The notes below the pieces were generated by a model. It saw only the letters and a program-made list of their open reading frames with translations. It searched no databases and was not told where the DNA came from. A stretch of 64,000 bases of DNA from an uncultured Phycisphaerales bacterium (GTDB lineage Bacteria > Planctomycetota > Phycisphaerae > Phycisphaerales > SM1A02). This document shows positions 1 through 10,387 of this stretch, piece after piece. The stretch lies in contig CALKEP010000027.1 in the NCBI GenBank assembly GCA_938084645.1, positions 8,580-72,579 of the forward strand, read 5' to 3'. A program made the translations under genes and the position numbers. The first letter of the stretch is position 1. Every line of letters begins with the position of its first letter.

Positions 1-323
1 GAACATCGGATCGAGCGGCTCCGACCGGGGTGCGCCGGGATCGGGTGAAGACCCGGAATCCCGGAAGGGGAGGAGCGGGTCGGAACCGCCGTCCGGATCG
101 GCATCCGCCGCAAATCGCGTCCGCTCCACATCGGCAAGCCGTGGCGTCCCGGGAGCGGCCTTCTCGTCGTTCGCCGCGAGACCGGTCGACGCGAGGGCGA
201 GCGTGGCGAGGAGGCCGACGTGCATGATGCGGTTCATGCGTCTATCTTTCATCGCGACGCGCCGTCACGCAACCGGCCGGTATCCGGAATGCGGTGGATG
301 GCCCAGAACACGGGGAATCTCGA

Positions 324-983
324 ATGTCGACATCACACGTCCCGAATCGCCGGTCGATGCTCCCGCTGTTCGCGGGGATGGTCTTCGGCCTCTCAAGCTG
401 CGGGCCGGACAACATCGCCTACCAGAGTCTTCAGGATGCCCGGGTCATCGACGGTTTCAGGCTGGACGGGCGGGTCGACGATGCGACGTTCGCCGATGCC
501 GTCGGGGTCGTGGTGATGGAGATCGGCGGCGGTGGACTCGGCATCGGAATGTACGGCGGCCATGGCGTCGCGATCCGCCGGCTCGCCGACGGTTGGTCGG
601 CGCCACTCCCGCTCGACTACATCTCGGGGAGCATCGGGCTCCAGATCGGCGGTACCTCCACCGAGATCATTCTCGTGTTCAGGTCGGATTCGGCATTCAA
701 CGACTTCGTGTTCGAAGGAACCCGCTTCCTCGCGACCGCGTCCGGTACGGCGATCAGCGCGTCCGGAGGCGTCGGCGACCCACTCGATGGCGAGGAGACC
801 CTCGTCATCGATCGGAGTTCGGGGCTGTACGGCGGTGCGGTGATCGGCGGGCTCGGCGTGAGCATCGATGAGAAACTGATGCGATCGTCCTACGGCGCCG
901 AGGTCCTTCCCCTCGACGTCCTTTCGGGCCAGGTGGATCCACCCGCTGGCGCAACGTCGCTCTGGCGAAGTCTCGACGGTTGA
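324..983 (+). CDS. SYLF/YSC84-like lipid-binding lipoprotein
   Basis: Lipobox-like GLSSC; SIGLQIGGTSTEIILVF and GLYGGAVIGG motifs typical of Ysc84/SYLF. Confidence 0.8.
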   Translation: MSTSHVPNRRSMLPLFAGMVFGLSSCGPDNIAYQSLQDARVIDGFRLDGRVDDATFADAVGVVVMEIGGGGLGIGMYGGHGVAIRRLADGWSAPLPLDYISGSIGLQIGGTSTEIILVFRSDSAFNDFVFEGTRFLATASGTAISASGGVGDPLDGEETLVIDRSSGLYGGAVIGGLGVSIDEKLMRSSYGAEVLPLDVLSGQVDPPAGATSLWRSLDG

Positions 984-1003
984 CCGCGGCGGGCGCGGTC
1001 GGC

Positions 1004-2722
1004 TCAGGCCTCGGTGGGCTCCACGGGTTCGGCGAGTGACGCATTGGTGTCGCCGGTCATCCTCGAGACGAGCGTCGCGCCGAGAAGCGTTCCTGCAGTG
1101 GTCTCCTCGCTGATCACGTGGTCGGCGCCCGCCTCCCGCATCGCCTCGACGAATCGGGAATAGCGACCTCGGGCCACGATGATCGCATCGGCGTTCAGGG
1201 CTCGGAACTGACTGATCGTGGCCATCGCGATCTGGGGTTCCGGCAGGGTCATCACCAGGGCCGCGGCACGCTCCGCCACCGCGTGGGCGAGGATCTCCTG
1301 CTGGGCCGCGTCTCCGTGTTCCGCGTGATAGCCGGCGGCACGGGCGGCGGCCACCAGCCTCGGATTCATGTCGATCACCAGCGGGATGATCCCCGCGAGG
1401 GCGGCGGTGTTGGCCACCTCCTCGCCGGCCGGTCCGTAGCCCACCACGATGGCGTGGCCGGAGATCTCGTCGCGGGGCGTGGTTTCGGGGGGCGCGATCC
1501 GCTTCCAGACGTGGAATCGGACCAGCAGGGATTCGATCCCCCTCGAGAGCGGAAACGCCTTTGCGACCAGCAGTGGTGCGGCGAAGAGCGAGACGAGCGA
1601 GGCGCCGATCGCGGCCTGGAACATCGGCGCGTCGATGATGCCGGACTTCAACGCCTCGGTTCCGATCACGAAGCTGAACTCGCCGAACTGGGCGAGGCAG
1701 AGTGCGGAGGCCAGCGCCACCCGGCGGTGGCTGCCGGTGATCCGGATCGCGAACCAGGCGATCATGGTCTTCAGCACCAGTCCCACGCCCAGGATGGCGA
1801 GCATCGACTTGAGGATCTCCGGCTGGATGAGCTCGCGGACGTTCGCGAGCATTCCCACCGAAGCGAAGAAGAGCGTGAGAAACAGCGCTCGAAGGGCGCC
1901 GGTGTCGGCCCGGATCTGACGGGAGATGGAGACGCGGGCGAGCAGCACGCCCGCCACGAACGCGCCGAGGGCGGGGGACAGCCCGAATGCATGACTCCCC
2001 CAGGCGGCGGAAAGGCAGGTGATGATCGCGGTGACGATCGCGAAGTCGCGATTTCGCCGGAGGATCATGGAGTCGAAGACGCGCGGGAGGATGAATATCC
2101 CCACCACGGAGATGGTGGCGGTCATCACGAGCAGGTCGATGGCCGCGCTGGCGATCTGGTCACCCACGTCGCCGGCGGTGCTTCCGTCGTCCCCGCCACC
2201 GCCGAGCAGGCCGATCAGGATGAGCACCGGGACCAGCGCGCCGTCCTGGGTGAGCAGCACCGCGAGCGTCGATCTGCCCCGGTTGGACTCGAGCTCGCCG
2301 CGATCGGTGAGCAGTCGCGCCACCACCGCCGTCGAACTCAGGGCGACCATGCAGCCGAGGGTCAGGGCCACCCGGAAGTCGAGGCCGAAGAGAAGGGCGA
2401 CTCCGGCGGCGGCGACGATCGTGATCGAGACCTGGAGGATGCCCGCGATCGCGCCTCGGAACCCGAACCCGCGCAGTCGCATCGGGGTCATTTCGAGCCC
2501 GATCGAGAAGAGGAGAAGCGCGACGCCGAGCTCCGCGATCAGCGTGAAGTTCGAACTGTCACCCACCACATCGAGCACGCTCGGGCCGAGCAGCACGCCG
2601 GCCAGCAGGTAGCCGATGATCGCACTGATCCCGATGGCCTCCAGCACCACCCCCATCGCGACGGCGGAGCCGACGAGGAGGAGGACTTCTCCGAGAATGT
2701 TCCATCCGGAGAATTCGGGCAT
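1004..2722 (-). CDS. CPA2-family cation:proton antiporter with C-terminal TrkA-N (KTN) domain
   Basis: AELGVALLLFSIGLE, LSSTAVV, QD and QFGEFSFV motifs; VVGYGPAG Rossmann motif. Confidence 0.9.
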   Translation of the reverse strand: MPEFSGWNILGEVLLLVGSAVAMGVVLEAIGISAIIGYLLAGVLLGPSVLDVVGDSSNFTLIAELGVALLLFSIGLEMTPMRLRGFGFRGAIAGILQVSITIVAAAGVALLFGLDFRVALTLGCMVALSSTAVVARLLTDRGELESNRGRSTLAVLLTQDGALVPVLILIGLLGGGGDDGSTAGDVGDQIASAAIDLLVMTATISVVGIFILPRVFDSMILRRNRDFAIVTAIITCLSAAWGSHAFGLSPALGAFVAGVLLARVSISRQIRADTGALRALFLTLFFASVGMLANVRELIQPEILKSMLAILGVGLVLKTMIAWFAIRITGSHRRVALASALCLAQFGEFSFVIGTEALKSGIIDAPMFQAAIGASLVSLFAAPLLVAKAFPLSRGIESLLVRFHVWKRIAPPETTPRDEISGHAIVVGYGPAGEEVANTAALAGIIPLVIDMNPRLVAAARAAGYHAEHGDAAQQEILAHAVAERAAALVMTLPEPQIAMATISQFRALNADAIIVARGRYSRFVEAMREAGADHVISEETTAGTLLGATLVSRMTGDTNASLAEPVEPTEA

Positions 2723-2774
2723 GCTGGAAGTCCAACGGGATCAGTGTTCGATCATCGATTCGAACCGGCGTCGA

Positions 2775-3344
2775 TCATTCGACGTCGGCGGGGTAGCAGG
2801 AGATCTCCTGGCCACCGATCGCGGCGGACGCCATGAGTCCACCGTTGGTGGAGACGAAGGCCGCGACGCCGTTCTCGAACTTGGCGTCGAGTGCCGCCCC
2901 GGCCTTGACCGCGGAGGCGCTGACGCCGGCGGTGAAGGAGAACTTGTTGGCGGTGACCATGTTGAAGGCGTCTTCGTCCTTCATGATCACGAGCTCGCTG
3001 AAGGTCTCGCCACCGATCTGGAACCCGATCGAGCCGGCCGCGAGCTTCGCGAGGCCCCAAGGCTGTCCGCCCTTGAAGACCACGCCGTCGCCGCCCTGGC
3101 CTCCGAGGATGAGCGCGCCGCTCGCCACGCTCGGGAAGACGATCACGCCGTAGGCATCGTCGACGAGCGGCTTGAGGGTGCTGTCCTTCTTGACCATGTT
3201 TTCGATCTCCTTCTTCGCCTTGGGCGTCACCTCGTCCATCTTGGTGTTCATTTCGGCCTGGGTGCTCGGAACGGAGCCACAGGAGGCAAGGGCGAGCGGG
3301 GTGGCGAGAAGTCCGATGATGGCGATGGTCGACAGAGTCTTCAT
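2775..3344 (-). CDS. SYLF/YSC84-like lipoprotein (second paralog)
   Basis: Lipobox LASC; GSIGFQIGG and GGLMASAAIGGQ motifs; RBS before MKTLST. Confidence 0.85.
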   Translation of the reverse strand: MKTLSTIAIIGLLATPLALASCGSVPSTQAEMNTKMDEVTPKAKKEIENMVKKDSTLKPLVDDAYGVIVFPSVASGALILGGQGGDGVVFKGGQPWGLAKLAAGSIGFQIGGETFSELVIMKDEDAFNMVTANKFSFTAGVSASAVKAGAALDAKFENGVAAFVSTNGGLMASAAIGGQEISCYPADVE

Positions 3345-3473
3345 GGTGGTCCTCATTCTGATGAAAATGGCTGACAAAGGGGGTTAAAGTGTCAGAAAGC
3401 GAATAGTGACGAACGGGTGGTCGATAGTCTCGAAAGCTCGTCGACGACGAGATCGAGAAGAATCGGAGGCTGA

Positions 3474-4037
3474 ATGTACGGACTCATCAACCGAGCGGTC
3501 AAGGGGCTGGTCGTCGAGCGGTTCGGATCGGATGCATGGGACCGCATTCGCATCCGGGCGGGAATCGACGAGGAGGACTTCATCTCGATGGAGAGCTACG
3601 ACGATTCCGTCACCTACGACCTCGTCGCGGCGGCGACCGAGGAGCTCGGCCTCGAGGCATCCACCATTCTCGAGGCATTCGGCGGTTACTGGGTCGAATA
3701 CACCGCGGTCGAGGGTTACGGCGAGTTGCTGAACTCGGTCGGGGACACGCTCCCCGAGTTCCTCGCCAATCTCGATCAGATGCACGCGCGGGTGAAGATG
3801 GCCTTCCCGGATCTCAAGCCGCCCCGATTTCGAGTCTCCGACGAATCGGAGGAGGGGCTCATGCTGCATTACTTCAGTCATCGCCCGGGACTGGCGCCAC
3901 TGGTGGTCGGTCTGGTGAAGGGACTGGCCGATCGCTTCGATCGTCCCGTCGAAGTGGTCTCGATGCGTGTGGGTGAGGGCGACGACGAACATGACGCGTT
4001 CCGGGTCTCCTATCTCCCCGAAGGTTCTTCGCATTGA
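3474..4037 (+). CDS. H-NOX heme NO-binding protein
   Basis: MYGLIN start, proximal His (LDQMH), PP, YxSxR (YFSHR) heme motif. Confidence 0.93.
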   Translation: MYGLINRAVKGLVVERFGSDAWDRIRIRAGIDEEDFISMESYDDSVTYDLVAAATEELGLEASTILEAFGGYWVEYTAVEGYGELLNSVGDTLPEFLANLDQMHARVKMAFPDLKPPRFRVSDESEEGLMLHYFSHRPGLAPLVVGLVKGLADRFDRPVEVVSMRVGEGDDEHDAFRVSYLPEGSSH

Positions 4038-5695
4038 CCGGTGACCGCGACGCGGATCTTCCACCGCGATTGCTCGATCGGGCGTTCCCGTTTCATTTCG
4101 CGGTGGACGAGCGGGGACGAATCGTCCGCGCGGGCCCTCGCTTGCGGGAGATCGGCGGGGCGCTGGATCGCATCGAGTCCTTCTTCGCGCTCGACGCGAT
4201 CGATTCGCCGATGCCGATCCGCGATTTCGACGCGTTGCGTCGGGCGGAAGGGGAACTGCAGGTCGTCCGGCTGCCGATGCTCGGAGGGATCCTGCTTCGG
4301 GGCGAGTTCATGCACGACGCCGAGGACGGGGTCGTTCGCTTTCTCGGTCACCCGTGGATCACCGATCTGTCCCAGCTCGCGGATCAGGGACTCGGACTCG
4401 GCGATTTCCCCGTCAATGCGGGCGTCGCCGATCTGCTCGTGCTTCTCCAGGCCCGGAACAACGCGGTGTCGGACATGCGGCGTCTGAACGGGCGGCTCAA
4501 GGAGACGTCCGAGGAGCTGGCCCGCCGGAACGATGAACTCGAGCGCGAGCTCGAACATCGCGGACGACTCGAGGAACAGCTTCTCCAGTCGCAGAAGATG
4601 GAGGCGATCGGCCAGTTGGCCAGCGGCGTGGCGCACGACTTCAACAACGTCCTGCTCGCGGTGTCGGGGCATGCGACCCTGGGGCTCAGCGCGGATCGCA
4701 TCGAAGACGCGATTCGGCACTTCGAGTCGATCATCGAGGCCGGGAAACGGGCGGCGGACATCACGGCACGGCTCCTGGTGTTCGCCCGGAGGCGTCGGCT
4801 TCAGAGCGAGGACATCGGTCTCGCGGACGCGGTACGAGACAGCGTCTCGTTGCTGGATCCACTGTTGGAGGATCGATGCACGCTCGAACTGGACCTGGAT
4901 GCCGGAGACGCGGGCATTCGCGCGGATCCGATGGCGGTCGCTCAGGTCATCGTGAATCTCGTGATGAACGCCCGTGACTCGATGCCGAAGGGGGGGAGGG
5001 TCATCGTGCGCACTCGCCGTGCCACGGCGGACGCATCCGTCGCCTGTACCAGCGGGGAACGTCCCGCGGGAACGTGGGCGATCCTCGAGATCGAGGATCA
5101 TGGCGACGGGATCGACGACGCCACGCTGCCGAGGATCTTCGAACCGTTCTTCACCACGAAGGATCTCGGCGAGGGCACCGGGCTGGGACTCGCGACGGTG
5201 TGGTGGATCGTCGAACGATCGGATGGTTTCGTCGATGTGAAGACCGCGCCGGGCCACGGGACCACGATCTCCATTCACTTTCCCGTCACGGGCGACCCTG
5301 CGTCATCGATCAAGGCATCCGGCGGCGATGGCGACCGGCCGAGGGAGGGACGCGGACGGATGCTCCTCGTCGAGGACGACGAGCTCGTTCGCCGCGCGAT
5401 GGTCGGCCTGCTCGAGGCGGATGGCTGGACTGTGGAGGCCCTCGAGGCGGGTGATCAGGCGATCTCGATGTTGGAGCGCATGGACTGGTCCTATGACGTC
5501 GTGGTGACGGACCTGTCGCTTCCCGGGGTGGATGGCAGGGAGCTCGCGCGTCGCGTGCACGAGCGTCGGCCGGACACCCCGGTGGTTCTGATGTCCGGAT
5601 CAGACCCCGGGGAGGCGATGAAAGGCCGGACCGCCATGCTTGCGAAGCCGTTCACGATGGCGGAACTCAACACCGTGATCATCGGCCTCCTCTGA
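4034..5695 (+). CDS. Hybrid histidine kinase: HNOBA/PAS-like + HisKA + HATPase + receiver
   Basis: FPFHF..LRGEF..FLGHP..L.DF (HNOBA); VAHDFNN H-box; FEPFFTTK..GTGLGL; LLVEDD..VTD..KPF; TTGA overlap with H-NOX stop. Confidence 0.9.
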   Translation: MTGDRDADLPPRLLDRAFPFHFAVDERGRIVRAGPRLREIGGALDRIESFFALDAIDSPMPIRDFDALRRAEGELQVVRLPMLGGILLRGEFMHDAEDGVVRFLGHPWITDLSQLADQGLGLGDFPVNAGVADLLVLLQARNNAVSDMRRLNGRLKETSEELARRNDELERELEHRGRLEEQLLQSQKMEAIGQLASGVAHDFNNVLLAVSGHATLGLSADRIEDAIRHFESIIEAGKRAADITARLLVFARRRRLQSEDIGLADAVRDSVSLLDPLLEDRCTLELDLDAGDAGIRADPMAVAQVIVNLVMNARDSMPKGGRVIVRTRRATADASVACTSGERPAGTWAILEIEDHGDGIDDATLPRIFEPFFTTKDLGEGTGLGLATVWWIVERSDGFVDVKTAPGHGTTISIHFPVTGDPASSIKASGGDGDRPREGRGRMLLVEDDELVRRAMVGLLEADGWTVEALEAGDQAISMLERMDWSYDVVVTDLSLPGVDGRELARRVHERRPDTPVVLMSGSDPGEAMKGRTAMLAKPFTMAELNTVIIGLL

Positions 5696-5719
5696 TCGGA
5701 CCTCCGCCTCCGTCGCGAT

Positions 5720-6688
5720 TCAGCCGAGTGCCCGCTCGATCACCGCCAGCGTCTTCCGACGGCCCTCCTCGGCCACGGAGAGCGCGTCCCGTTTCCAATA
5801 TTCCGGGTTGTAGAGTTCGAGGGACACGCATCGTTCGAAACCGATGTCGCGAAGGTCGCGAAGGCACTGCTCCAGCGGCAGAATCCCGTCGCCCGGGAAG
5901 ACTCGGTGTTCATCCTTCAAGTCGACCTTCGCCGGCGTCGCGGGCGCATCGTTGAACTGGAAGATCGCGATGAAGTCTCCTTGGAGCTGCCGAAGCCCGG
6001 AAAAACCGGAGTCGCCGATGTGCATGTGGAAGACGTCCGGGATGATCCTCGCCTTCGGGTGATCGGCGTCCAGGGCGATCGCGGCAGCCTGGCCAAGACG
6101 GGCGGCGCCGGGCAGGAACTGCACGAAGACCATCGCGGGATTCAGATCGAACTCCCCGAGGCCGATCTCGAGCAGATCCCGATAGCGGGCGCTCGCCCAG
6201 GCGAGGTCGAACTCAGGCCACGGTCGTGCGGGTTGCGGGATCACCTGGATGTGCCGCGCGCCGATCGCCGACGCCATTCGCATTCGATCGCGGGTCGCGG
6301 GAAGCCCGGCGTCCCACTCGGCCCGCGTCGGGGGAATGGCGTTCCAGAGTCCGATCACCGAGGGGACGAAGAGTCCTGCATCCTCGATTCGTCGTCGCAG
6401 GTCCGCCAGCGACCCTCCGTCGCGTTCGAAGTCGCGGAGCTCGCCGTCCCAGGGTTCGATCGCATCAAAGCCGGCTTCCGAGGCGATTTTCACCTTGTCG
6501 AGCAGGCTGGCCGGACGGATCGTCGCGGTATCGAGGCAGAGCGGCCACGGACTCCGGCCCTGTTGAAAGCGTTTCGCGGGCCCCGGCGCCGGATCGTCGG
6601 TGGGGGCCTTCGGGCGGCTCCCGCTCCCGGTGACGATTCCCGCGCCCAGTCCGGCCATCGCGGTCCTTCGATCGATTTCCGTCGGCAT
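5720..6688 (-). CDS. Sugar phosphate isomerase/epimerase (TIM barrel), Tat-like N-terminus
   Basis: DRR signal; GFDAIE, DVFH, ND, RVFPGDG, SLEL motifs. Confidence 0.85.
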   Translation of the reverse strand: MPTEIDRRTAMAGLGAGIVTGSGSRPKAPTDDPAPGPAKRFQQGRSPWPLCLDTATIRPASLLDKVKIASEAGFDAIEPWDGELRDFERDGGSLADLRRRIEDAGLFVPSVIGLWNAIPPTRAEWDAGLPATRDRMRMASAIGARHIQVIPQPARPWPEFDLAWASARYRDLLEIGLGEFDLNPAMVFVQFLPGAARLGQAAAIALDADHPKARIIPDVFHMHIGDSGFSGLRQLQGDFIAIFQFNDAPATPAKVDLKDEHRVFPGDGILPLEQCLRDLRDIGFERCVSLELYNPEYWKRDALSVAEEGRRKTLAVIERALG

Positions 6689-6827
6689 GCCACGCTCCTG
6701 CAGGGTCTGAAGAGAGTCGAACGATGGTGATCCGGTCATCTTGCCAGCCTAACGAGGCGAGCGGGATTTTCCGTCTCGTGCTGGTGCCGTCGGCTGGTAG
6801 ATTGGCCTGCACTTCGGAGACGACCGC

Positions 6828-9128
6828 ATGACGACCCGCATTTTTCGAAATCAGATCATCGCCGTGATGGTGATGCTGTTCATGACGCTTCCTTCGCTTG
6901 CGATCGCGACCCGCATCGATCGCATCGATGAGCAAGCCCGGCTCGAGGCGGCCCTCACCCTCGCCGGATCGAACCGGGCGGAGATCGCCCGGGCGGTCGA
7001 CGCGACACCCGAACCACATCGCGCCGACATGGTCTGGCTGGTGGCTCGGATGCCCGAAGCCGACCTTCGGTCGTTCACCGCGGACCGTCTGCTCGAGAAC
7101 CTTCGACTCGCGGTCGAGGCGATGGAGGCGGCGCCCTGGCGGGACCAGGTGCCGCGCGAAGTCTTTCTCGACGCGGTGCTTCCGTATGCGGTGGTGAACG
7201 AACGTCGTGACGACTGGCGTGCGGATTTTCGTGCTCGGTTCCTTCCGATCGTCGAATCGGCGGAATCGCCCGCGGAAGCCGCGGCCCTCCTCAATCAGAA
7301 GGTCTTTCCGCAGGTCGGGGTGAAGTATTCCACCAAGCGGCCGAAGGCGGACCAGTCCGGGCTCGAGTCGATCGAGGCGGGGCTCGCGTCCTGCACCGGA
7401 CTCAGCGTCCTGCTCATCGAAGCGTGCCGGGCGACCGGCGTGCCCGCTCGATTCGTGGGCGTGCCGCTCTGGTCGGATGGGAGCGGGAACCACAGCTGGG
7501 TGGAGATCTGGGACGGTGAACGATGGCGATTCACCGGTGCGGCGGAACCGACCGGCATGGATCTCGACAAGGGCTGGTTCGCCGGTCGCGCCAGTGGCGC
7601 GGTGCGGGACGATCCGCGTCGCGCGGTCTGGGCGACCACCTGGAACGACTCACCCGCGCACTTCCCGCTGGTCTGGGCGGCGGACGACCGCAGCGTGCGG
7701 GCCGTCAACGTCACCGATCGCTACACCTCCGAGCCGGTCGAGGTGCCGGATGGGTTCGGGCGACTCTACGTTCGACTCCGGGACCTCGAGTCGGGTCGTC
7801 GGGTCGCGGCGCCCGCATCGGTGGTGGTCGACGGTGCGATCATCGCGAGGGGCACGACCCGGGACGACTCCTTCGACGGTAACGATCACCTTGAATTCGT
7901 GGTCCCGTTGAACGCGGACTTCATGGTTCGGTTCGAATTGCCGAATGGCGAGCTGGAGGCCGGCCAGCGATTCTCCCGCGACCAGCAGATGCTCGACGTG
8001 GAGACCGGGATCTCCGTGAAGGACGAGACCGGTTCCGCTCGGAAGGGACTTTCCCGGAAGCAGGCCGAGGCTCGAATCGATCGGGCGGTGAAGCGTCACC
8101 GGACCATGATCCGGCGAACCCGGGGCAAGGAGATGGACGCGAAGGTTCTCGAACTCGACGGACGTCGCATGCCGTTCTGGTATTCGGTCAACGGTGAGCC
8201 GCCGGCCGGCGAGGGGCGGAGCCTCTTCATCTCGATGCACGGTGGGGGCGGCGCCCCACCCGCGGTGAACACGCAGCAGTGGGAGAATCAGAAGCGGTTG
8301 TACAAGCCTGCAGAAGGCGTCTATCTCGCGCCAAGGGCGCCGACCGACACCTGGAATCTCTGGCACCAGGGACACGTCGATGACTTCTTCGACCGATTGA
8401 TCGAGAACCTCGTGGTGTTCGAGAACGTCGATCCCGACAAGGTCTACTTCATGGGCTACTCGGCGGGCGGTGACGGGGTGTACCAGCTCGCGCCCCGGAT
8501 GGCGGATCGACTGGCCGCCGCCGCGATGATGGCCGGACACCCCAACGAGACGAAGCCGGACGGCCTTCGAAACCTTCCCTTCACGCTTCACATGGGGGGC
8601 AAGGACGGCGCCTACGACCGCAACAAGATCGCACGGAACTGGAAGGTGATGCTCGCGGACCTCACGGCCGGCGACGAGGGAGGCTACCCGCACGAGGTGG
8701 TCATTCACGAGGGCAAGGGGCACTGGATGGAACGCGAGGACGCGGTCGCGGTTCCCTGGATGGCACAGCACCGCCGCATCTCGCGCCCCGAACGCATCGT
8801 CTGGCTGCAGGACGACGTGACGCATTCGCGTTTCTACTGGCTCGCGGTCGACGAGCCGAAGGCCCGTGAACGAATCGTCGTGGAGCGATCCGGCAACGTG
8901 ATCGACATCATCGAAGGTGGTGAGCGCGGACTCCGCATCAGGCTCGATGATTCGATGGTCGATCTGAACGCGCCCGTGACCGTGCGGCGGGGCGGTGCGG
9001 TGGTGTTCGAGGGCATGGCGCCGAGAAGCCGCGAAGTGATCGATCGCACATTGAAGGAACGCGGCGACCCGGCGGGGGTGTACACCGCGGAAGTCATCGT
9101 GCCGCCAGCGGCCTCGGGACGAAAGTGA
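6828..9128 (+). CDS. Secreted transglutaminase-like domain + alpha/beta hydrolase fusion
   Basis: Signal peptide; ASCTGLS..NHSWVEIWD (Cys-His-Asp); SMHGGG, GYSAG nucleophile elbow, KD, GHW. Confidence 0.8.
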   Translation: MTTRIFRNQIIAVMVMLFMTLPSLAIATRIDRIDEQARLEAALTLAGSNRAEIARAVDATPEPHRADMVWLVARMPEADLRSFTADRLLENLRLAVEAMEAAPWRDQVPREVFLDAVLPYAVVNERRDDWRADFRARFLPIVESAESPAEAAALLNQKVFPQVGVKYSTKRPKADQSGLESIEAGLASCTGLSVLLIEACRATGVPARFVGVPLWSDGSGNHSWVEIWDGERWRFTGAAEPTGMDLDKGWFAGRASGAVRDDPRRAVWATTWNDSPAHFPLVWAADDRSVRAVNVTDRYTSEPVEVPDGFGRLYVRLRDLESGRRVAAPASVVVDGAIIARGTTRDDSFDGNDHLEFVVPLNADFMVRFELPNGELEAGQRFSRDQQMLDVETGISVKDETGSARKGLSRKQAEARIDRAVKRHRTMIRRTRGKEMDAKVLELDGRRMPFWYSVNGEPPAGEGRSLFISMHGGGGAPPAVNTQQWENQKRLYKPAEGVYLAPRAPTDTWNLWHQGHVDDFFDRLIENLVVFENVDPDKVYFMGYSAGGDGVYQLAPRMADRLAAAAMMAGHPNETKPDGLRNLPFTLHMGGKDGAYDRNKIARNWKVMLADLTAGDEGGYPHEVVIHEGKGHWMEREDAVAVPWMAQHRRISRPERIVWLQDDVTHSRFYWLAVDEPKARERIVVERSGNVIDIIEGGERGLRIRLDDSMVDLNAPVTVRRGGAVVFEGMAPRSREVIDRTLKERGDPAGVYTAEVIVPPAASGRK

Positions 9129-9562
9129 CGCCCGACGTGCACGGAGAGAGAACGCGTGTCACCCTGATCGGCGACGGCATGATCGCACAACGGGTCCTCG
9201 ACCGGTTGATCGCGACGGGCTTCGAGATCGTGACCTGTCTTCCGGGGGGCGAAGGCTCGATCGATCCGCGCGATCCGCGCGGTCGGTCAGTGGATGAACG
9301 CGATCATGAATTCTCCAGGCTGCTGCTGGGATCGCTCGCCACCCACCGCCCCGAACCGGAATCGATGGCGGTGAGGCTGGTGACGCGGCGCCGACGCAGG
9401 CGTCTCTATGCCGCTTGGTGGCGGCTCGCACGCGGAGGCATCGATCACGAACCCGTCGATCTGGACGAGCACGAGGACTTCTTTCGATTCGGCTCGGAAT
9501 CCCTGCTCGCCGATGTGATCCAGCGACATCTCGAAGCGTCGGTCGCCGGCTCGTCATCCTGA
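9125..9562 (+). CDS. Hypothetical protein
   Basis: GTGA overlap with upstream stop; LIGDGMIA Rossmann-like start; hairpins follow. Confidence 0.5.
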   Translation: MTPDVHGERTRVTLIGDGMIAQRVLDRLIATGFEIVTCLPGGEGSIDPRDPRGRSVDERDHEFSRLLLGSLATHRPEPESMAVRLVTRRRRRRLYAAWWRLARGGIDHEPVDLDEHEDFFRFGSESLLADVIQRHLEASVAGSSS

Positions 9563-9603
9563 CGAGGCGAAGCCTCGCGATGGCTTCGCCCTCGCGCAAT
9601 GAA

Positions 9604-9631
9604 ACGGGACCCGGCGAGTGCCGGGTCCCGT
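9604..9631. terminator. Hairpin between convergent genes (probable bidirectional terminator)
   Basis: ACGGGACCCGGC-gagt-GCCGGGTCCCGT perfect 12-bp stem. Confidence 0.7.
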
Positions 9632-9670
9632 CTTCTGATTCGACGAACGAATGATCGTCCGAGGTCCTGC

Positions 9671-10387
9671 TCAGTCGCGTCGTCGACGACCGGCGAGGCC
9701 GGCCATGCCGAGAAGCGCGAGCGCGCCGGGGGCCGGCACCGCCTGGATGTTGAAGACGTAGTTGATCCCGTTCAGGTTCGATGACTCGAGGAAGTCGATC
9801 CCGAGGCCCGCGGTCTGGTAGAACGAGGTCGGATCCGGATAGGGAAACGGCGAAGTGCCGAAGTTGATCGCGGTCGTCTCTTCGCCACCCATGGTGTCGT
9901 AGTACGTCTGCGTGCCCGATTCCACCATCCACTCGGTGCCGAGCGCAATGCCGTCCGCGGGGAACGGGCCGCCGCCGGTTCGGAATCCGATGTCGAAGTA
10001 CTGGATGTTGGCGGTACGACCGCTCGGCAGAGTCATCGCCAGCGGCTCGATGTGGCTGAAGAAGCTCGCGCCGTCCGAGGTCGACCAGTCGACGGTCACC
10101 TGGAACATGCCGTCACCGAGGTCGGCCGTCGTCGCGGCGACCTGGTACGCCGAAGCGCTCTGGGTGACCAGGTTGAAGAGGGCGGTCGGGCCGGAGTTGG
10201 TCGTGGGGGTGTATCCGGGGAACGTGGTCGCACCGAACGTGTACAGATTGAGATCGGCGAAGTCGGGGGCACCGGTATCGGGATCGACCCAGCTGGTGGC
10301 GACGCCGGCGGTGAACGTGTCCGAGACGGCGGTGGTGGTGGCGAAGCCGACGGCGGCGATGGCGATGGACGCGAAAGCGAGACGCAT
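9671..10387 (-). CDS. PEP-CTERM-like (VPAP) surface-sorted protein
   Basis: AAGGAG RBS, signal peptide, C-terminal VPAPGALALLGMAGLAGRRRRD. Confidence 0.85.
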   Translation of the reverse strand: MRLAFASIAIAAVGFATTTAVSDTFTAGVATSWVDPDTGAPDFADLNLYTFGATTFPGYTPTTNSGPTALFNLVTQSASAYQVAATTADLGDGMFQVTVDWSTSDGASFFSHIEPLAMTLPSGRTANIQYFDIGFRTGGGPFPADGIALGTEWMVESGTQTYYDTMGGEETTAINFGTSPFPYPDPTSFYQTAGLGIDFLESSNLNGINYVFNIQAVPAPGALALLGMAGLAGRRRRD

